DNA of 64,000 bases, taken from IMG/VR virus record IMGVR_UViG_3300034357_000765; one strand, 5' to 3'. The DNA is from a virus. Taxonomy: Duplodnaviria > Heunggongvirae > Uroviricota > Caudoviricetes. The notes under the pieces were generated by a model that saw only the letters and a list, made by a program, of their open reading frames with translations, made no database searches and was not told where the DNA came from. Each line of letters opens with the position of its first letter. Positions within the stretch are counted from its first letter, which is position 1. The translations under genes were made by a program, and so were the position numbers. Below, piece by piece: positions 59,861-64,000 of the stretch.

Positions 59861-60823
59861 CTATTTTAGTTTTATGTGAATATATAACCAATAAGAGTTT
59901 GGTTTAACACTGATAAGTACTTTACTACCCCAGTTTTTAGAAAGAAGCCACGTTACAAAGTTGTTTTTAAGATTCATCAATTCTGATTCATCCAACTTAC
60001 CGTTGTCCCATTTTCCTATTCCTTGATATCCAAAACTCATCACTCTATCTTTTAGTTCTGGTTTAAGTTTTCTTTCGTGGTATCCTGGATTGTACTGAGC
60101 CATTTCAGACTTTACTTTTCCTAATACAATAATATCATTATAAGAAAGATTTACAAGTTCCTTTTTAAGAGCAAATGCTGATTTAGACTCTATGTTGTTC
60201 AACCATTTTATGACCGATTGATTAAGTTTGAAGGTACCAAACGCGGTGAAGTTTCCATCATACGATACTCCGTATTCAAGTTCACCATCACATTTAACAC
60301 CAAAATAAAGACTTACCTCGTTCTTTCCATAGTCTATGTGCTCCAAGTATGGAACTAAAGATTGGAATCGACTGAAGACTTGTTTTACGACACCTGCGTC
60401 TAAGTTACCATAGAAGTAAAATAAAAGGAAGTTTTCAGGACATCTTTCTATTTCAGAAGCCTTTTCTTTTTGTCCTAATGCCGTCAAAGTTTTTAAGAAA
60501 GAATGAAATATTCCTCTACCTGCTTTTGTTATTTCTGATTCGGTTAAAGCTTCTATATCAGTAGATGCTGCAATGATAGGTTCTTTTTCTTCAATCCCAA
60601 CTTCTTGATATTGTTCAATCTGCTGCGTTATTTCTTTTTGAGTTCTTTCATCGAGAAGATTTATAGCATTTGCAAGTCTTATATCAGAACCAATCTCACC
60701 AATATATCTATTTACTATGTTTTTAACATATTCATCTTGATACAATGATTCAACCCATTCACCGATAGAATCAAATCCATCGGCTTGGTTTTCTTTTATG
60801 AACTCTAAATATCTTTTTATCAT
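59861..60823 (-). CDS. hypothetical protein (320 aa)
   Basis: ORF directly downstream of the collagen-like gene. Confidence 0.5.
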   Translation of the reverse strand: MIKRYLEFIKENQADGFDSIGEWVESLYQDEYVKNIVNRYIGEIGSDIRLANAINLLDERTQKEITQQIEQYQEVGIEEKEPIIAASTDIEALTESEITKAGRGIFHSFLKTLTALGQKEKASEIERCPENFLLFYFYGNLDAGVVKQVFSRFQSLVPYLEHIDYGKNEVSLYFGVKCDGELEYGVSYDGNFTAFGTFKLNQSVIKWLNNIESKSAFALKKELVNLSYNDIIVLGKVKSEMAQYNPGYHERKLKPELKDRVMSFGYQGIGKWDNGKLDESELMNLKNNFVTWLLSKNWGSKVLISVKPNSYWLYIHIKLK

Positions 60824-60838
60824 AGTCTATATATTCTT

Positions 60839-63232
60839 TTAGATAGTCGTAACTCCTGTTATTATTCCCGAAATCACCGTAACAACTGATGCAGTACCAA
60901 TAGAGTATGTTCCAGACCAACCAGAAACAGAGTTGATTGACATCGTTCCAAATATATTTACAAAAGAGCTTGCTGTTCCTATTATTACGTTTCCTTTTAC
61001 ACCAGTACCTATTCCTAAACCAGGAGTTATAAATATAGAACCGCCATTGTAATCTCCATCACCAAGTGCATCTTGAGAGGCATTTGATCCAATCAATCTA
61101 ACATTATATCCAGGTCCATACTGATTGTCATTTCTATTATATGGTTGCAAATAAACATCACCCCTTGGTCTTAATCTAACTGCACTACCATCTTTACCTG
61201 TAGTAAGCCTCAAATCATATTTGTTCGCAGATATTATAGAAGATGGTAGTCCTGAAAAATCTCCTATATCATAGTTTAAAGATAAACCATATTGATTCAA
61301 TGGATCAATATTTATTGTTGTTTTAGTTCCTTCAGATACTTTATAAACACCTGGTCCGACAAATTTTATTTCATTTGTAGACTGAGAATAGCTAGCACCT
61401 GAAGTTATTGATAAAATATCAACCGTATTTAGCACTGTATTTGTCTTTTCGTCGTATGTAGGTACTGCTGTAAATCTCTCTACCCAGTTTGTACCATCAG
61501 ATACACCATACACACCACCAGGATTTCTAAGATTTGACCAAACTCCAAATGGTGCAGCTGTTTTTTCGCCATAACCAAGAACCAATTTTATATCATTTGG
61601 TGAGTTGAAGTTAAAAATCATCTCCCATACTATAGTTGGGTTGAAAAGAAAATCACCAGATTCATCGTGACTACCTTCGTATCTTATTCTGAATATCTCT
61701 TCTGCCACGTCGTCGAATCCAAAGTAATATCCCTGAAGACTATTATCACCAGCACCAACAAATATCGCAGGCGGTACAACAAGACCAGGTGCAATAGATT
61801 GTGATGCAGAACTACTCGCACCAAAAGTCAAATAGCTATTGGTGTTTAGCCAAACAGAGCTATATGTCGTACCTAAGAAGTTTATATCCCATGGTAGTAG
61901 TATCTCATAAGAATCATTATTTACGTCTACAAAATAGTCTCCTGGTAATAATATATTTGGATCTAAAAGGTTAAAATCATACGATGATAAAGAAAATATA
62001 TTATTTATTATATCTAAACTCCCACTAACACCTGAAGTTCCTGAAGTTCCGGTTGTTCCAGAAGTTCCGGTTGTTCCTGATGTTCCAGAAGTTCCTGATG
62101 TTCCGTCAACTCCAGAAGTTCCTGATGTTCCGTCAACTCCAGAAGTTCCTGATGTTCCGTCAACTCCAGAAGTTCCTGATGTTCCTGATGTTCCGTCAAC
62201 TCCAGAAGTTCCTGATGTTCCGTCAACTCCAGAAGTTCCTGATGTTCCGTCAACTCCAGAAGTTCCTGATGTTCCTGATGTTCCGTCAACTCCAGAAGTT
62301 CCTGATGTTCCGTCAACTCCAGAAGTTCCTGATGTTCCTGATGTTCCGTCAACTCCAGAAGTTCCTGATGTTCCGTCAACTCCAGAAGTTCCAGAAGTTC
62401 CAGAAGTTCCATTTTCACCTGGAAGTCCTTGAGCACCTTCTATTGCACCCATATCAATCCACCCATCAGAGTTTGCAACACTTTGTGAAAGACCTAAAGA
62501 TGCTGTAGGTCCATAGACCCAAACATGTGATGTATCTTGTAGGATATAAGAATCAAAGTTATTTGGTGGTGTTATAGAACTCATAGTACCTACAACTAGT
62601 GTAAGTCCTGCATAATCTGGGAATATTCCTAATATTGTAAATGTAGAACCTACTGCACCTCTTTCACCGGATGTTCCAGAAGTTCCTGATGTTCCGTCAA
62701 CTCCAGAAGTTCCTGATGTTCCGTCAACTCCAGAAGTTCCTGATGTTCCAGAAGTTCCTGATGTTCCAGAAGTTCCTGATGTTCCTGATGTTCCAGAAGT
62801 TCCTGATGTTCCGTCAACTCCAGAAGTTCCTGATGTTCCGTCAACTCCAGAAGTTCCTGATGTTCCGTCAACTCCAGAAGTTCCTGATGTTCCAGAAGTT
62901 CCTGATGTTCCAGAAGTTCCTGATGTTCCTGATGTTCCAGAAGTTCCTGATGTTCCGCTTGTTCCTGCAGTTCCGGTTCCAGTACCACTAGTACCGCCAG
63001 TCTGATCTATCCATTCTAAGTCGTAGTCAGTTCCACTAACTTTTGCCAATACTTGACCTCCAGTTCCACCTGCAGGAACAAGTGGTAAACTTGCTAAAGA
63101 TTGAGATACTCCCAATACTAAGTCTTCTAAATATACGAAGTTACCATCAAACTGTAAAATAGAAAGTCTTTGTCCTGTTTCACTTCTTAGTACTAATGAA
63201 CTTTGAGTTATTCCTGAATGTATAATGCCCAT
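60839..63232 (-). CDS. collagen-like fibre protein with two G-T-S/G-V-D triplet arrays and a C-terminal globular domain. The start is trimmed to the ATG at 63232.
   Basis: [13 protein letters not shown]... arrays. The ORF-track start at 63274 is a TTG. The ATG at 63232 reads MGIIHSG. Upstream is a TTTTATATATAG motif variant. Confidence 0.85.
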   Translation of the reverse strand: MGIIHSGITQSSLVLRSETGQRLSILQFDGNFVYLEDLVLGVSQSLASLPLVPAGGTGGQVLAKVSGTDYDLEWIDQTGGTSGTGTGTAGTSGTSGTSGTSGTSGTSGTSGTSGTSGTSGVDGTSGTSGVDGTSGTSGVDGTSGTSGTSGTSGTSGTSGTSGTSGTSGVDGTSGTSGVDGTSGTSGTSGERGAVGSTFTILGIFPDYAGLTLVVGTMSSITPPNNFDSYILQDTSHVWVYGPTASLGLSQSVANSDGWIDMGAIEGAQGLPGENGTSGTSGTSGVDGTSGTSGVDGTSGTSGTSGVDGTSGTSGVDGTSGTSGTSGVDGTSGTSGVDGTSGTSGVDGTSGTSGTSGVDGTSGTSGVDGTSGTSGVDGTSGTSGTSGTTGTSGTTGTSGTSGVSGSLDIINNIFSLSSYDFNLLDPNILLPGDYFVDVNNDSYEILLPWDINFLGTTYSSVWLNTNSYLTFGASSSASQSIAPGLVVPPAIFVGAGDNSLQGYYFGFDDVAEEIFRIRYEGSHDESGDFLFNPTIVWEMIFNFNSPNDIKLVLGYGEKTAAPFGVWSNLRNPGGVYGVSDGTNWVERFTAVPTYDEKTNTVLNTVDILSITSGASYSQSTNEIKFVGPGVYKVSEGTKTTINIDPLNQYGLSLNYDIGDFSGLPSSIISANKYDLRLTTGKDGSAVRLRPRGDVYLQPYNRNDNQYGPGYNVRLIGSNASQDALGDGDYNGGSIFITPGLGIGTGVKGNVIIGTASSFVNIFGTMSINSVSGWSGTYSIGTASVVTVISGIITGVTTI
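62000..62990. repeat. two collagen-triplet coding tandem arrays, at about 62000-62440 and 62650-62990
   Basis: Periodic gttcctgatgttccgtcaactccagaa units. The antisense ORFs here are artefacts. Confidence 0.9.
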
Positions 63233-63257
63233 GTTATAATTATAATTTTTATATACT

Positions 63258-63270
63258 CTATATATAAAAA
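63258..63270 (-). promoter_or_regulatory. TTTTATATATAG motif variant 26 nt upstream of the collagen-like gene ATG
   Basis: Minus-strand reading of ctatatataaaa. Confidence 0.4.
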
Positions 63271-63303
63271 TCAAATAATAAATATTTGAACAAACCTAAA
63301 GGT

Positions 63304-63930
63304 TTATGAATTTTGAAAGTATTTTTCTATTCTTTTTGAAAGTCTTACTCGAGGATCGTTTTCGTCTCTATTCATTGTTGAATATGGAACTATAAATCCT
63401 ATGCTTAAGAATATTCTTCTAGAGTTGAATTCGTTTGTCCAGTGCTTGTATAATGATGCTTCGAAACAATATAGGTCTTTTTCTTGTATATTTGTAGAGC
63501 TATCACCTATGAAGATTTTGTAGTCTTCTGACAGAACGCTTATGTTACATTTGTAGTTGATATATCCGTTTATTGCGGCATCATAGTGTGGATTTATTTT
63601 TCCACCTTGCCTCATATCTACGGCCTGCATAAATATGTTATTGTTTGGTAGATCCAATGCGTTTGAGACTCTATTGATTATTTCCTTTATGAAAATGGGA
63701 ACATTTCTTTCTATTTTGGTCACTGCCTGAAAGTTTGTTATATAGTTGGTAAGCTCGGTATTCGATATATCAAATATCGCGGCCTTACCCTTAACCACTT
63801 TGGACAATTCCGATAGGTGATGGTTAGGATTTGCAGACTCAGGAGACAAGCCATCGATCCATTCGACGATCTGGCCTGCCTCGTTGTCCGAAATAAAGCT
63901 TTTTATTACTTTATGATTTTTAGGTTCCAT
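63304..63930 (-). CDS. possible 2OG-Fe(II) oxygenase-fold protein (weak call)
   Basis: H-x-D (NPHYD), a second His about 45 aa later (YKHW) and a following Arg (SRRIFLS) fit the HxD...H...R pattern of 2-oxoglutarate/Fe(II) oxygenases. This is a weak motif-level call. Confidence 0.3.
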   Translation of the reverse strand: MEPKNHKVIKSFISDNEAGQIVEWIDGLSPESANPNHHLSELSKVVKGKAAIFDISNTELTNYITNFQAVTKIERNVPIFIKEIINRVSNALDLPNNNIFMQAVDMRQGGKINPHYDAAINGYINYKCNISVLSEDYKIFIGDSSTNIQEKDLYCFEASLYKHWTNEFNSRRIFLSIGFIVPYSTMNRDENDPRVRLSKRIEKYFQNS

Positions 63931-64000
63931 TTTTCTAAGAATTCTTTTGGTCCACTTATTTCTATCGTAGTAAGTTTTGCCTTTGCGACCATTTCGGTTG

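Noticed and set aside
17537-63274. ORF-track N-terminal extensions (ligA to 19381, Sir2 to 40023, collagen-like to 63274, 30092..30559, 30490..30999)
   Set aside because: The extensions begin at TTG or run across divergent promoter motifs. The first in-frame ATG gives conserved N-termini (MIDQLKNRIKEANEAY for LigA, MEKKKILVFSGAG for Sir2).
1-64000. CRISPR array, Cas genes, or DGR reverse transcriptase
   Set aside because: Coding density is near-complete. Non-coding gaps are under 180 nt and hold no short direct-repeat/spacer structure. No RT or Cas-like motifs were seen. The only tandem repeats found are the intragenic collagen and PEAT coding repeats.
1-64000. Giant eukaryotic virus (mimivirus-like) origin, suggested by collagen-like repeats, the NAD ligase, DnaJ-like and T5orf172 genes, and the AT-rich genome
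   Set aside because: The ECF sigma factor, SmpB, bS21, ClpP, GC-stem terminators with T-runs, and tightly coupled or overlapping operons all point to a bacteriophage. The mimivirus AAAATTGA early motif is not enriched upstream of genes here.

Overview
The window is AT-rich, almost fully coding, and reads as part of a large bacteriophage genome (jumbo or huge-phage-like) rather than a cellular chromosome. The evidence is as follows.

- **Host-like genes, all divergent.** ECF sigma factor, ClpP, thioredoxin, NAD-dependent DNA ligase, SmpB, ribosomal protein bS21, a multi-S1-domain protein, a bL12 C-terminal-domain-like protein, a CCA-type tRNA nucleotidyltransferase-family protein, a DnaJ-like J-domain zinc-finger protein, Sir2, CoaE-like kinase, an HD hydrolase, an M16 peptidase, SPFH/flotillin, and a Rad50/SbcC gp46-like ATPase.
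- **Giant virion-type proteins.** Sizes are 811 to 2888 aa. Two are collagen-like with proline-free G-T-S triplet arrays, and two carry proprotein-convertase P-domain-like modules. A glycosyltransferase family 9-like gene and a (PEAT)n repeat protein lie nearby.
- **Transcription architecture.** GC-stem hairpins flanked by A and T runs act as intrinsic, often bidirectional, terminators. They delimit transcription units that begin with a conserved TTTAATATATA(C) element; a candidate phage late promoter probably read by the phage ECF sigma factor.
- **No** CRISPR array, reverse transcriptase, integrase or rRNA was seen, and no tRNA or tmRNA gene was spotted by eye in the few gaps (not a systematic search).
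- **Host guess.** The short Bacteroidetes-type bS21 and the P-domain modules point, as inference only, to a Bacteroidota host.

Several ORF-track starts are TTG artefacts and were trimmed to the first in-frame ATG.
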